Shown here in pieces: positions 1 to 12,163 of a stretch of 64,000 nucleotides of DNA. Under the pieces are notes generated by a model that saw only the letters and a program-made list of their open reading frames with translations, was not told where the DNA came from and ran no database searches. The position numbers and the translations under genes are program-made. The stretch comes from Polyangiaceae bacterium (GTDB taxonomy: Bacteria; Myxococcota_A; Polyangia; Polyangiales; Polyangiaceae). The DNA lies in the NCBI GenBank assembly GCA_035063585.1, contig JAPSGB010000003.1, positions 352,001 to 416,000 on the forward strand, read 5' to 3'. Every line of letters begins with the position of its first letter. Position 1 is the first letter of the stretch.

Positions 1-762
1 CGTCACGCCGCCGCCGACCAGCCGCGCGAGCCGCGCGAGCGCGCTCGCGACCTCACGCGCGAGCGCCGGTTCCGCCGGCTCGACCGCGAAGCGTGACCAG
101 CCGAGCACGATGAGCCGCTCGCGCGGGACGAGCGGCGAGGGTAGGGAACGGAGCACCAGCGTCGAGCCGCCGTCCTCCTCCCACTCGAGCGCGACGTCGC
201 GCCCCGGGACGTTGGCGAGCACGCGCCCGCTCATCGGCGCGCCGCCCGCGAGCTCGAGCTGGTAGCGTGAGCCCTCGGACCCCACGCTCCCGCGCCGCGC
301 CAACCAACCCCCGAGGGCGGAGGCCGCGGTGAAGTAGACGTGGAGCGTCTCGCTCGACACGCGCGCGGGCTGCGCGAACCAGGTCACGCGGCGCTCCCGT
401 CCGGGGTGACGCTCGAGCGCGTGCGCGAGCAGCGCGAGCGACACGCGCCACGAGGAGGTGACGCCCGCGCGCTCCTCCTCCGAGTCGGGCTCGGTGTGCT
501 CGAGCAGGAGCTTGCCCGGCGCGAGCGCGAGTGTGACCCGCGCGCCGCCACCCTCGAAGGTGATCCGGCGGTGCCGGTCGAGCTCCGCGATCTCGAGCGT
601 GAGCGCCGCGCCGAGCCCGGGCCACGCGAGCTCGAGGGTGCCGCCCGGCGTCACGCTGCCCTTCACCTCGTCGGCCTGCCAGCGTGCGAGCCCCTCGGGC
701 GTCGCGCACGCCTCCCACACTTCCCCGGCGGTCGCCGTGACGCGCTGCTCCAAGCGGATCAT
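1..762 (-). CDS. SRPBCC/AHSA1-domain protein (partial, runs off the window start)
   Basis: Not in the ORF track. Manual translation from ATG 762, preceded by GGGAGG, gives MIRLEQRVTATAGEVWEACATPEGLARWQADEV...LELAWPG...RRITFE, a typical START/SRPBCC N-terminus. Confidence 0.7.
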   Translation of the reverse strand, partial: MIRLEQRVTATAGEVWEACATPEGLARWQADEVKGSVTPGGTLELAWPGLGAALTLEIAELDRHRRITFEGGGARVTLALAPGKLLLEHTEPDSEEERAGVTSSWRVSLALLAHALERHPGRERRVTWFAQPARVSSETLHVYFTAASALGGWLARRGSVGSEGSRYQLELAGGAPMSGRVLANVPGRDVALEWEEDGGSTLVLRSLPSPLVPRERLIVLGWSRFAVEPAEPALAREVASALARLARLVGGGVT

Positions 763-982
763 CGCTCGACCTCCCTGGGCGCCGCTCGCGTTCGCCCTCG
801 CTGCACGGCTACAGCGACCCCGAAAATGCGGCGCGCTTCTCTGCAATTCACACCGCGCGCACGCTCCGATTTGCTCTGCGCCATCTCGCTTCGTGCTCTA
901 GATTACCAGGCCTCGGGCCGGGCGCTCCCACTGCTCGCGAGGCCCGAGCGATCCACTGCTCGAGATCCGGAGTAGCCGCACC

Positions 983-2248
983 ATGCGTCATCCTTCCCTG
1001 CTCGTCACCTCTCTCGTCCTGCTCCCGCTCCTCTCCGCCTGCAGCTCGGCGAGTGACCCGGGTCCGTCGGTGCTCGCGCGCAGCATGGCGCGGATCTCGG
1101 GCGGCGCCGTCGACAACACGCACACCGCCGTGGTCGGCATCTTCATGCAGAACGGCCACATGGGCGGCATGTGCACGGGCTCGCTCATCGCGCCGAACCT
1201 GGTGCTGACCGCGCGACACTGCGTGGCCTCGCTGCCGAGCGAGTCGGTGATGTGCGGCTCCACGACCTTCGGCGATACCTTCCCGGCGAGCTCGTTCTAC
1301 GTCACCACCAACACGACCTTCAGCTACGACCAGAGCGCCTACGTCGGTTCATCCGAGGTGCGCGTGCCGAGCGAGGGCTCGGACGCCTGCGGCTTCGACG
1401 TCGCGCTCATCATCCTCTCGAAGCCGATCCCGGCGAGCCAGGCCACCCCGTACGTGCCGCGCGTGGATCAGGAGGTCGTGGTGGGCGAGCCCTACACCGC
1501 GATCGGGTTCGGGCAGACGAGCGACGGGAGCCAGAACAGCGGAGGAACGCGAATGCAGCGCGGCGGGCTGCGCGTGAGCTGGCACGCCGGCGAGAGCCTC
1601 CCCGAGGTGTGCGGCAGCACCATGTGCGGCTACGGGCTCGCGTCGAGCGAGTGGCAAGGCGAGACGGGGGTGTGCTCCGGGGACTCGGGCGGCCCGGCCA
1701 TCGACGCCGAGAACCGCGTCATCGGGGTCGTCTCGCGCGGCAGTCAGGGTTGCCAGACGCCGATCTACGGCGGGGTCGCGCCGTGGAAGGACTTCATCAT
1801 GCAGGGCGCGCTCGACGCGGCAGAGGCGGGCGGCTACGAGCCGCCCTCGTGGGCGCTCACCGGCAGCACCGAGGGGAGCGGCGGCGCGGGCGGCGCGAGC
1901 GGCGGCGCAGGTGGCGCGAGCGGCGGCGCGGGCGGCGGGAGCGATGCGCAGGGCCAGTCCTGTAGCGCCGGCGCTCCGTGCCCGACCGGCTACGCGTGCG
2001 TCTACGACAGCGATCCGAGCCACGCGTATTGCGCGGCGGCGTGCGCCTCGAACAGCGACTGCGAGGACGGGCTCGCCTGTAACCCCGCGCTCCACGCCTG
2101 TATGAGCCCGCCCGCGGCGAGCGAGCCCGCCTCCGCGGAGAGCGCCAGCGGTTGCGCGTTCGTGCGAGACCGCGGCCCGGCGAGACCGGTGCCCTGGCTC
2201 ATCGGCGCGGGGCTCGCGCTGGTCGCCTCCCTCAGGCGACGCCGCTGA
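983..2248 (+). CDS. Secreted/lipoprotein S1 (trypsin-fold) serine protease with Cys-rich region and MYXO-CTERM-like tail
   Basis: Lipobox-like LSAC; CTGSLIAPNLVLTARHC, DVAL and GDSGGP catalytic motifs; Gly-rich linker; C-terminal SGC...hydrophobic...RRRR. Confidence 0.9.
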   Translation: MRHPSLLVTSLVLLPLLSACSSASDPGPSVLARSMARISGGAVDNTHTAVVGIFMQNGHMGGMCTGSLIAPNLVLTARHCVASLPSESVMCGSTTFGDTFPASSFYVTTNTTFSYDQSAYVGSSEVRVPSEGSDACGFDVALIILSKPIPASQATPYVPRVDQEVVVGEPYTAIGFGQTSDGSQNSGGTRMQRGGLRVSWHAGESLPEVCGSTMCGYGLASSEWQGETGVCSGDSGGPAIDAENRVIGVVSRGSQGCQTPIYGGVAPWKDFIMQGALDAAEAGGYEPPSWALTGSTEGSGGAGGASGGAGGASGGAGGGSDAQGQSCSAGAPCPTGYACVYDSDPSHAYCAAACASNSDCEDGLACNPALHACMSPPAASEPASAESASGCAFVRDRGPARPVPWLIGAGLALVASLRRRR

Positions 2249-2289
2249 CCATCGCGCACGCCTCGACGCGGCGAAGCGCCCGCGCACGA

Positions 2290-2324
2290 AAGAGCCCGAC
2301 CCGGTGAGACCTGGTCGGGCTCTT
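2290..2324. terminator. Hairpin terminator between the convergent protease gene and tRNA
   Basis: Inverted repeat AAGAGCCCGACC/GGTCGGGCTCTT; on the minus (tRNA) strand the stem ends in TCTTTC. Confidence 0.7.
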
Positions 2325-2336
2325 GGCCATCTCCGG

Positions 2337-2409
<73 letters not shown>

Positions 2410-2426
2410 GGGACTTAGGGACCGGG

Positions 2427-2454
2427 AGGGTAGCCACGGCCTCTCTCCTGTCAA
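2427..2454 (-). promoter_or_regulatory. Putative sigma70 promoter of tRNA-Ala
   Basis: TTGACA-16 nt-TACCCT on the minus strand, about 17 nt upstream of the tRNA 5' end. Confidence 0.6.
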
Positions 2455-2512
2455 CCAGAATCGACGCGCGTTCGAGTTGGCACGATCCTGTCCCGGCGCC
2501 TCGAGAGAGCGG

Positions 2513-2540
2513 TTGACCCGCCCTTCGCGGTGGTTATGTT
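2513..2540 (+). promoter_or_regulatory. Putative sigma70-type promoter of dnaK
   Basis: TTGACC-16 nt-TATGTT upstream of dnaK, divergent from the tRNA promoter. Confidence 0.4.
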
Positions 2541-2673
2541 CGGGCCCGACCCCACGATTCGCGAAGCGGATCGGAACCGGGCTCGCGACGGACCGACGGA
2601 CGATTTCGAGTCCGCCGTCGTGGTGCCAGCGCCCTCGGGGCTTTCGACCAGATCGCGGTAGGAGAAGACGACA

Positions 2674-4584
<1,911 letters not shown>

Positions 4585-4586
4585 GC

Positions 4587-5819
4587 GTGACGGCGCAGGA
4601 CGTCGTGATCGTCGGTGGAGGGCCAGCCGGGCTCTCCACCGCGCTCTTCCTGGTTCACGCGGCTCCCTCGCTCGCGGGGCGCATCGTCGTGCTCGAGAAG
4701 GCGCGCTACCCGCGCGAGAAGTTTTGCGCCGGCGCGATCGGAGCCCGGGCGGACCGGCTGCTCGGCTCGATCGGCGTGGTCGTCGACGTGCCGTCGGTGT
4801 GGTTCGACAGCATCGCCTTCCGTGCGCTCGGTGAGACGACCGTGGTAAACGAAGGCCGGATCGGGCGCGTCGTCCGGCGCATCGAGTTCGATCACGCGCT
4901 CGCCCGCATCGCGCGCGAGCGCGGGATTCGGATCGTCGAGGACGCGCAGGTCACCGGGCTCACGCGCGTGCCCGGCGGCGTCGAGGTCGAGAGCCTCGCC
5001 GGTCGTTTCCGAGCGCGCGCGCTGATCGGCGCCGACGGCGTCACGAGCGTGGTGCGAAAGTGGCTCGGCCTCCCTTCCTCGCGCTTCCGAGCGCAGGCGC
5101 TCGAGATCGATACCGAGCCGGTCGCGGGGGATCTCTCGCGCGACGCCATCTTGTTCGACGTCTCGCATCGCGAGCTACCGGGCTACTACTGGGATTTCCC
5201 GACCATCGTCGACGGTCAGGAGCTCGTTTGCCGCGGGGTCTACCTGCTCCGCATGGACGACGACCAGCCGGCGCCGGAGATTCAGGACGTCCTCGAGGCC
5301 GAGCTCGAGAAGCGCGGGCTCCGCCTCGCTGATTACAAGAAGAAGCGCTACGCCGAGCGCGGGTTCGAGCGCCACGCGCCGGTGTCGCGCGCGAACGTGC
5401 TCTTGGTCGGTGAGGCGGCCGGGATCGATCCGGTGACCGGCGAGGGGATCGCGCAGGCCATCCAGTACGGCGCCGTCGCGGGCGGGTACCTCGCGCGGAA
5501 GCTGCGCGGGCGCGACCTCGACTTCGCAGACTGGCCCGCCGAGATCCGCGCGACGATGATCGGACGCGATCTCTTCGTGCGCTCGGCCGGCGTCAACCTC
5601 TTCTACGGCCCGCCGCGCGCGTTCATCGAGCGGTTCCTGCTCGACACGCCTGACTTCATTCGAGTCGGCATCCAACATTTCGCGGGGAAGCCGTGGTCAC
5701 GCGCCGCCATCCTGCGCGCCTGCTGGGGCGCGGTGAAGAGCGGCGTCCGCTGGACGCTCGGTGACGGCGGGCGCCGAGGTCCGGTCGAGAACGCCCTCGA
5801 GCGCGGCCCCGCCGCCTGA
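4587..5819 (+). CDS. FAD-dependent oxidoreductase (geranylgeranyl reductase/halogenase-like superfamily)
   Basis: VIVGGGPAG, YPREKFCAG, RIEFDHAL, IGADG and LLVGEAAG-DP-TGEGI motifs. Confidence 0.85.
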   Translation: MTAQDVVIVGGGPAGLSTALFLVHAAPSLAGRIVVLEKARYPREKFCAGAIGARADRLLGSIGVVVDVPSVWFDSIAFRALGETTVVNEGRIGRVVRRIEFDHALARIARERGIRIVEDAQVTGLTRVPGGVEVESLAGRFRARALIGADGVTSVVRKWLGLPSSRFRAQALEIDTEPVAGDLSRDAILFDVSHRELPGYYWDFPTIVDGQELVCRGVYLLRMDDDQPAPEIQDVLEAELEKRGLRLADYKKKRYAERGFERHAPVSRANVLLVGEAAGIDPVTGEGIAQAIQYGAVAGGYLARKLRGRDLDFADWPAEIRATMIGRDLFVRSAGVNLFYGPPRAFIERFLLDTPDFIRVGIQHFAGKPWSRAAILRACWGAVKSGVRWTLGDGGRRGPVENALERGPAA

Positions 5820-6006
5820 GCGGGCGGCTGCCTCGTCGGTCGGCGCCCGGGAGCGCCGCGGGTGTGGCGGGCGGAGCGCTGCTCGTCGAGAAAGCCCAGG
5901 ACTCGAGGCCGGGGGTCGGTCCGGCGCGGCCGGCGGCGGGGCGCCTCGCTCCCGGAGGCGTCGGCGGTGGTTCCCCTCCGTGCCGGGCGGTGTAGAGTCC
6001 CCGGCC

Positions 6007-7950
6007 ATGAAGCTGCTCCGTCGCTCGTCCTTCGCGCTCGTGTCGCTCGCGTTGCTTGCCGGCTGCGGCGGCGGAGGGGCAAAGCCTCCCGCGGCCCCCG
6101 CGAAGTCTGGCGACGCGGTGATGCCGACCGAGCACATCACGTCCGAGGCGCGGCCCGACCTCAGCCCGGTGCCCGCGCCGGAGGGGCTCATCGCTGTCGC
6201 GCGCATCACCAACCCGGGCGGGCTGGCGGACCGCGCGCTCGGGTGGACGGGGCTGCCGCTCGACTGGCGGGCGCTCCTGACGAAGAAGGATCCCGACCTG
6301 TTGAGGGTCCTCGCGCCGGCGGCGTCGATCGACGCTGCGCTGGTGCTCGATCCAGCCAGCAGTGACGACGACCCGAAGTTCCTCGCCGCCGTCTCGGTGC
6401 CGCTGAGCTCGCTCGATCTCGCGCTCGAGCTCGCCCGCAAGAACAGCGCGAGCGTGCAAATGGTGCGACCCGGCGTCTATCGCGCGTCGATGCACGGCAG
6501 CGACTGCGCCCTCGCGGCGGCGGCGGGCCCCGCGCCGGCGCGCCTCGTCTGCGGAGACAACGACGCGCAGGTCGACGCGCTCTTGCCCTACGTCACTCGC
6601 ACGCTGCCCACCGAGCGGCTCACCTCGTCCGATATCCACTTCGAGTTCCGCGCGGCGCCGGTCCAGATGCGCTACGTGCCCCAGCTCCGTCGCCTACGGC
6701 AGATGGCGCTCGGCGCACTGCTCGGCAAGCTCGAGCTCGACAGCCCGGCCTTCGACCGGGCGCTGTCGGACGTGGTGCACAGCGTGGCCGACGAGGCGCT
6801 CACGCTCGTCGAAGAGCTGGACACCTTCGCGATCGACGCCTGGCTGCGAGACGACCCGGCGCTCATCGAGGCGAAGGCGTCGCTCCGCTTCAAGGGCTCG
6901 AGCTCGTGGGCCGTGCAGACGCTCCTCGACGCGGGCAAGCGCGCCGCGCCGCCCTCCGACATGTTCTGGCGGCTGCCCGCGGACGCGGGCGCCGCGAGCT
7001 TCTCGGTCGGTGCGGCTCCGAAGCGCTTCGAGCCCATCGGGCACACCCTCGGTGAGCTCGCCGACGGCTACCTCGCGCACGAGAAGATGCCGCGGAAGAC
7101 CCGCGATCAGGTGGTCGATCTGCTGGAGGGCCTCTTCTCCCTATCCTCGGGCGCGGTGACCGCGCACGGGAGTTTGCCCGCTGCCACCGCCGGCCGTGAC
7201 CAGCCCGTCGAGTCGGGCGCGAGCGCACGCGAGAAGTTCCGGAGCATGCTCGGCTGGTACGTCATCGGCGTGGACGTCCAGGCGGAGACCTACCGCAAGC
7301 TCCTCGGCACCTTGATGAGCGTGTTCAACGACCCCCAACTCCGCAAGCCGCTCGGCGTCGACGCGAAGCTGTTTCCGAAGCTCACCACGCGCGCGGCGCG
7401 CGGCGCCGGGCTCGCGCCGGGCTCGAAGGCGTACGTGCTCACGCTGCCGGGGGAGCTCTTGAAGGATTTCGACGGCCCTTCGTTCGTCGAGGGTGAGGCC
7501 GGTCCTCGGAAGAAGCAGGTAGTGCCGGCGCCGCTCTCGATCGTGCTCATCCTGATGCCGGACGGCGCGCGGACCTGGCTCGGCATCTCCACCGACGAGG
7601 CGGTCCTCAGCGCGAAGCTCGCCCAGGTCCGCAAGCCCGCCGGTGACCAGAGCCTCGAGAAGCGCGCCGGGCTCGGCGCACTCCGCACCGGGAAGGTGAT
7701 CTCGGGCGGCTTCATGACCGTGGCCGGCGTGCTCGACTCGCCGAACGCCCTGAGCGAGCTCGGGATTAGCCCCGGGACGCTGCTTCGCGCGGCGCCGCAC
7801 CACGGCGAGACGCCGATCCTGATGTCCTTCACCGTAGAGCCGGGAGCGGCCCCGTCGCTCGTGTGGCGCTCGACCACCCCGCGCGCGGTCGTCGAGGATC
7901 TGGCGACCATCGGCACCAGCGTGGCCGGCGGACTCCCCGTCAAGCCGTGA
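6007..7950 (+). CDS. Hypothetical lipoprotein
   Basis: MKLLRR...LLAGC lipobox; long ORF with genome-like codon use. The start was moved to ATG 6007, which follows TAGAGT. Confidence 0.75.
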   Translation: MKLLRRSSFALVSLALLAGCGGGGAKPPAAPAKSGDAVMPTEHITSEARPDLSPVPAPEGLIAVARITNPGGLADRALGWTGLPLDWRALLTKKDPDLLRVLAPAASIDAALVLDPASSDDDPKFLAAVSVPLSSLDLALELARKNSASVQMVRPGVYRASMHGSDCALAAAAGPAPARLVCGDNDAQVDALLPYVTRTLPTERLTSSDIHFEFRAAPVQMRYVPQLRRLRQMALGALLGKLELDSPAFDRALSDVVHSVADEALTLVEELDTFAIDAWLRDDPALIEAKASLRFKGSSSWAVQTLLDAGKRAAPPSDMFWRLPADAGAASFSVGAAPKRFEPIGHTLGELADGYLAHEKMPRKTRDQVVDLLEGLFSLSSGAVTAHGSLPAATAGRDQPVESGASAREKFRSMLGWYVIGVDVQAETYRKLLGTLMSVFNDPQLRKPLGVDAKLFPKLTTRAARGAGLAPGSKAYVLTLPGELLKDFDGPSFVEGEAGPRKKQVVPAPLSIVLILMPDGARTWLGISTDEAVLSAKLAQVRKPAGDQSLEKRAGLGALRTGKVISGGFMTVAGVLDSPNALSELGISPGTLLRAAPHHGETPILMSFTVEPGAAPSLVWRSTTPRAVVEDLATIGTSVAGGLPVKP

Positions 7951-8141
7951 GCGGTGCGCCGAGCCGGGCGGCCCGGTGAGTCGGCGGGCCCGGCGCGCGG
8001 ACGGCGCCCGGTGACGCCGGCCGCGCCGGAGCGGCCTCTCTCTCCTCGCGGTTGATGGGCCGGCTGACCGGCCTCTGGAACAAACCGGCGCACCCGCGAA
8101 GTTGGCCAGCCTCGGGGCGTCATGTAACCAACGGTCGCAGG

Positions 8142-9911
8142 ATGTGTGCATCAAACCGACATCTGGTCGCGCTGGCGCTGCTGCTCGCCGTTGGGACGCT
8201 CGCCGGGCGGGCCAGCGCCTGGGTCGAGAGCGCGGTCGAGTCGGACGTGGTGACCATCGACGTGGATCGCTCCGGGATGGCGACCGTGGCGCACGAGCTC
8301 CTCGTCAAGGTGCGCGGGGGGCCGCTGCTCGGCATCGAGCTCGCGGGCATCGACGCCGACGCGGAGCCGCTCCCCGACGCGACGGTGACCGCGGCCGGGA
8401 GCGGCGCGGTCGCGCCGCTGCCGCTCCTCCTCGGGAAGAAGGACGACGGGACGTTGCGCGTCGAGATCGACGCGCCCAAGGGGATCCGGACCGGCAGCTA
8501 TCTGTTCAAGCTCGCTTACCGGACCCACCTGATGGCGCGCCAGCCCGTCGCGCCGACCAGCGCCGAGGTGACGCTCGGGTGGACCGGTCCGCGCTTCGAC
8601 GACGGCATCGACTCGGCGCGGGTCGTGTTCAGGCTCCCGCCCGCGCCGACCGCGCCGCGCCTGCCCGCGGTGGGCGAGGGAGGCGAGCCCATCGACGGGC
8701 TCTTCCTCGCGACCTTGCGGCGCGCGGCCGACAAGGACGAGCTCGAGGTCGCGCGCCCGCACATCGCCAAGGGCGAGCCGGTGCGCTGGCAGGTGACGGT
8801 CGACGCGCGAGCCTTCGACGGGCTCGCCCGAGCGGCCGCGCCGGCAGAGGTCTTCGCGCCGGTCGACGCGCCGCCGAGCGCGCGGACGCGCGCGCTCGCG
8901 GGCGCGATCGGGCTCGCGCTCCTGCTCGTCTACGCCTGGCTCGTGATGTGGAAGTGGCGCGCGACCACGCGCGCCTGCGTCGCGCGTGGCGGCGCGCCGC
9001 GCGCTCTCGTGCCGCTGCCGGCGGCGTGGCGCGCGGTGCTCGCCGGGACGGCGCTCACCGCCGCGGTCGCGATCGGGGCGCTCACCGAGCTGCCCTCGCT
9101 CGCGGGTGTCCTCTTGCTCGCTGCCATGGCGCTCGCCGTTCAGCTCCCGCCGCGCGCCGCGCCGCCGCTGCGCGCCCCGGGGCGCTGGTTGCCGCTCTCC
9201 GACGAGGAGGCCTTCGCGAAGGAGCGCGCGAGCGCGCCGGGGCGCTGGCTCGACGCCGGCACGCCTCGAGGCTTCCTCGTGTTCGCGACGCTGCTCGGCG
9301 GCTTCGGCGGCGGCGCGCTCTTGCTCCTGCCGCGCTCGGCGTACCACGCGCTCATGCTCGCGCTCGCCTCGGCGGTGCTCCTGCCCATCTTCTGCACGGG
9401 GCGCGCCCGTGAGCTGCCCGCCGACCTCGCGCGCGAGCCGCGCGCGCTCCTCGCGTACCTCGCGCGGAAGCTGCGGAAGGACGACTCGCTCAAGGTGGTC
9501 GCGTGGGCGCGGATCCCGGACGGAGCCCACGACCCCGATGAGCTCCGGCTGCTGGTGATGCCGCGCCGCGCGCTCGCCGGGCTCACCGCCCTCGAGATCG
9601 GCGTCGAGTACCACCACGGCCTCGGCGGTCCCATCGCGCTGCCCTGCGTGCTGGTGCGCGCGGTGGACGGCTCGCTCACCTATCGCTCACTCCCGCGGAG
9701 CGTCACCTGGTCGCGCGGGCGCAAGCCCGAGGAGCGGGTGGCGGTGCTCCGCCCGCGGCTGCCCACCCGCGGCATGTGCCTCGGGCTCGTGCGCCGGCTC
9801 GCAGAGATGCTCTCCGCCGATGCTCAGCCGAGCAGGCGTTCGAGCTCGGCGGGCAGGGGCGAAGCGGCGCGGAAGCCCGCGACCAGCTCGTCGCCGCTCC
9901 ACGCGATGTAG
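8142..9911 (+). CDS. Hypothetical membrane protein (DUF2207-like N-terminal extracytoplasmic domain plus several TM helices)
   Basis: Signal peptide (ALALLLAVGTLAGRASA), DVVTIDVDRSGMATV beta-rich domain and hydrophobic segments. The family call is tentative. Confidence 0.6.
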   Translation: MCASNRHLVALALLLAVGTLAGRASAWVESAVESDVVTIDVDRSGMATVAHELLVKVRGGPLLGIELAGIDADAEPLPDATVTAAGSGAVAPLPLLLGKKDDGTLRVEIDAPKGIRTGSYLFKLAYRTHLMARQPVAPTSAEVTLGWTGPRFDDGIDSARVVFRLPPAPTAPRLPAVGEGGEPIDGLFLATLRRAADKDELEVARPHIAKGEPVRWQVTVDARAFDGLARAAAPAEVFAPVDAPPSARTRALAGAIGLALLLVYAWLVMWKWRATTRACVARGGAPRALVPLPAAWRAVLAGTALTAAVAIGALTELPSLAGVLLLAAMALAVQLPPRAAPPLRAPGRWLPLSDEEAFAKERASAPGRWLDAGTPRGFLVFATLLGGFGGGALLLLPRSAYHALMLALASAVLLPIFCTGRARELPADLAREPRALLAYLARKLRKDDSLKVVAWARIPDGAHDPDELRLLVMPRRALAGLTALEIGVEYHHGLGGPIALPCVLVRAVDGSLTYRSLPRSVTWSRGRKPEERVAVLRPRLPTRGMCLGLVRRLAEMLSADAQPSRRSSSAGRGEAARKPATSSSPLHAM

Positions 9912-10723
9912 CTCGCGTGGAGCGCGTGGCGCGCGCCGAGCAGGCTCGCCGGCGGCCCGCCGTAGCGCGCGTCACCCGCGATGGGGTGGCCGAGGTGGGC
10001 GAGGTGCGCGCGGATCTGGTGGCGATAGGCGCGCGACACCTCGAGCTCGAGCAGCATGAACGGGCCGCCCCGGCGAACCACGGCGTAGCGCGTCTGGCGG
10101 GGCCGACCGCCCTCGCCGACGAGCACCCGCCGCGGATCGCGAGGATCCGTCTCGATGGGCGCGTCGATGAGCCCGCGCTCGGGGAGCGGCGCCCGGGCGA
10201 CGATCGCGAGGTAGCGCTTCTCGAGCCGACCTCGGGTGAGCGCCGCTCGCAGCCGCGCGAAGGCCGCCTCGTCACGCGCCACCAGCACGAGCCCGGAGGT
10301 CTCGGTGTCGAGCCGGTGCACGAGCCCCGGCTCGCGCGGGCGGTAGCCGACTCCGGCGAGCGCCGGGTAGCGGCCGAGGAGCGCGCCCGCCAAGGTGCCG
10401 CGCTCGCGCAGGGAGAGCGGCGCGGTCGGCTGCCCCGCCGGCTTCTCGACCACCAGCGCGCGCGCGCCCTCGTAGACTACCCGGAGCGGGAGGTCTGGCT
10501 CCGGCTCGAGCGCTCCCGCGCCCTCGAGCGCGACCTGGATGATGGTGCCGGCGACCGCGAGCTCGCCCTTGGTAGCGCGCCGCCGCCCGACGCGCACCGC
10601 GCCTGCGCGGAAGAGCGCGGCCGCGCCGCTCCGCCCGAGCCCCGGGATCCGCGCGACGAGCAGTTTGTCGAGCCGCTCGCCGGCCGCGCCGGGCTCGACC
10701 AGGAGCGAGAGCTCTCGCGTCAC
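9824..10723 (-). CDS. RluA/RluD-family RNA pseudouridine synthase with S4 domain
   Basis: GERLDKLL (S4), VVEKPAG, catalytic GLVHRLDTETSG, HQIRAHLAHLGHPIAGD.RYG and LHA. The GTG start overlaps the upstream stop. Confidence 0.9.
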   Translation of the reverse strand: MTRELSLLVEPGAAGERLDKLLVARIPGLGRSGAAALFRAGAVRVGRRRATKGELAVAGTIIQVALEGAGALEPEPDLPLRVVYEGARALVVEKPAGQPTAPLSLRERGTLAGALLGRYPALAGVGYRPREPGLVHRLDTETSGLVLVARDEAAFARLRAALTRGRLEKRYLAIVARAPLPERGLIDAPIETDPRDPRRVLVGEGGRPRQTRYAVVRRGGPFMLLELEVSRAYRHQIRAHLAHLGHPIAGDARYGGPPASLLGARHALHASYIAWSGDELVAGFRAASPLPAELERLLG

Positions 10724-12120
10724 CACACGCCGGTCGCGCCGGCGCCGATCACCGGCGCGCGCCGTCCGTCGGGGCTCACGCTCTCGCCGATGACGCCGCC
10801 CCACGGCTCGAGCGACGCCAGCGCAGGCCGCGTCGCGGCCTGACGCTCCGCGCGGGGGCGGGTGATGAAGAGGCCGACGCCCGCGCCCACGAGCGTGCCG
10901 GCCGCCACGCTCGCGAGCCAGGCGCGATCCTTGGCGGCGCTCGTGGCGCCGCCGAACACGAGCGGGCCGGCCGACGCCGCCCCCGTGAGCCCGCCGAGCG
11001 TCGCGCCGAGATCGACCAGCAGCACCCGCGACGAGGCGACGTGCACCTGGGTCGCGAGGGCGCCCGCGACGAGCACGCCGGCGCCCGCGCCGTAGCCCAT
11101 GCCTCGCGCCGGCGTGACGTCGAGCCGGCCGTGATAGGCGAGCTCGGCCATCCCGCCGAAGAGCAGCCCGAACGCGCCACCCGAGTGGGCGAGCGCCGCG
11201 CCGCCCTCGCCCATACCCTTCATGGTGAGCGAGGTCGTGGCGAGCGTGATGCCGGCGCCCGCCCCGATCACGCCGTACACGTAGCGGTCGCTCGCCAGGC
11301 TCACGCCATATCCCTCCGCGAGCAAGAGGCCGGTGGCGGCCGGCCACCACGCGCCCGCCGAGAGGTACCAGGCGTCGCCGAGCCCCACGTCCCACTCGTC
11401 GGCGACGATCATCGCCCCGCCGAGGCCGATGCCGGCCCCGAGCGCGACCAGCGGATAGGTGAGGCGCGGGTCGCCCGAGCCGCTCGCGCGCTGCAGCGAG
11501 AGCCCGATGTAGCCCCCGAGCACCGCGGAGTTGAGCGCGAGGACGGCGCGCCCCTCGGAGCGCGCGTGCGACACGGTGTCCGGTGGGGGCCGTCGCGGCG
11601 CCGCGGCCTCGGCGTCGTTCGCCGGCGCGTGACGCCCGGCCTGCACGACGTCGCGCAGCATCACCATCGCGCGCACCTCGAAGTCCTTGGGCGCTACCCG
11701 CTCGACCCGCGAGAGGACCACCTTCGAGCCGGGCGCCACCGCGACGATGCGGAGCTCGAGCGCTCCGTCCTCGAAGGAGAGCCGCGGTGAGATGACCCAG
11801 CCGTCTGCCGCGCGCTCGACGAGCGCCGTCTCGTCCGGCTCGACCGTCTGGGAGCGGCGCGACACGTCGAGCGTGAGCCCGAGATCCTGCGCCGACTCGC
11901 CCAGGATGACGTCGAGCTGGCGTGCCCAGCGGGTGAGCGCGCGGCCGTCGTGCCGCTCGGGCCTCCGGAGGACCGGTGCGGCGCCCGGCGCGTCCGAGAT
12001 GGGGGAGACCGTTGGGAGCAGGGTGACGTCATCGGGCCCCGCGAGCGCACCGCGCGCGCTCAGGCTAGCGAGCGCGCCGAGCGCGCACCCGAGGAGCCAG
12101 CCACCGCGCCGCGTGATCAC
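10720..12120 (-). CDS. Hypothetical secreted protein with Gly/Ala-rich multi-helical C-terminal domain
   Basis: GTG 12120 is preceded by AAGGAGG; signal peptide; glycine-zipper-like hydrophobic helices; ends in GATGVW. Confidence 0.7.
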   Translation of the reverse strand: MITRRGGWLLGCALGALASLSARGALAGPDDVTLLPTVSPISDAPGAAPVLRRPERHDGRALTRWARQLDVILGESAQDLGLTLDVSRRSQTVEPDETALVERAADGWVISPRLSFEDGALELRIVAVAPGSKVVLSRVERVAPKDFEVRAMVMLRDVVQAGRHAPANDAEAAAPRRPPPDTVSHARSEGRAVLALNSAVLGGYIGLSLQRASGSGDPRLTYPLVALGAGIGLGGAMIVADEWDVGLGDAWYLSAGAWWPAATGLLLAEGYGVSLASDRYVYGVIGAGAGITLATTSLTMKGMGEGGAALAHSGGAFGLLFGGMAELAYHGRLDVTPARGMGYGAGAGVLVAGALATQVHVASSRVLLVDLGATLGGLTGAASAGPLVFGGATSAAKDRAWLASVAAGTLVGAGVGLFITRPRAERQAATRPALASLEPWGGVIGESVSPDGRRAPVIGAGATGVW

Positions 12121-12163
12121 CGCCCTCCTTGTACCGCCCCCGCGGGGACGGCTCAAGTCGCCG

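Noticed and set aside
928..962. Direct repeat CCACTGCTCG twice, 25 bp apart, before the protease gene
   Set aside because: It is short, has only two copies and no linked regulator, so it cannot be distinguished from chance.
2477..2493. TTGGCACG upstream of dnaK as a sigma54 promoter
   Set aside because: The -12 position reads TC, not GC. TGGCACG at about 33033 fails the same test.
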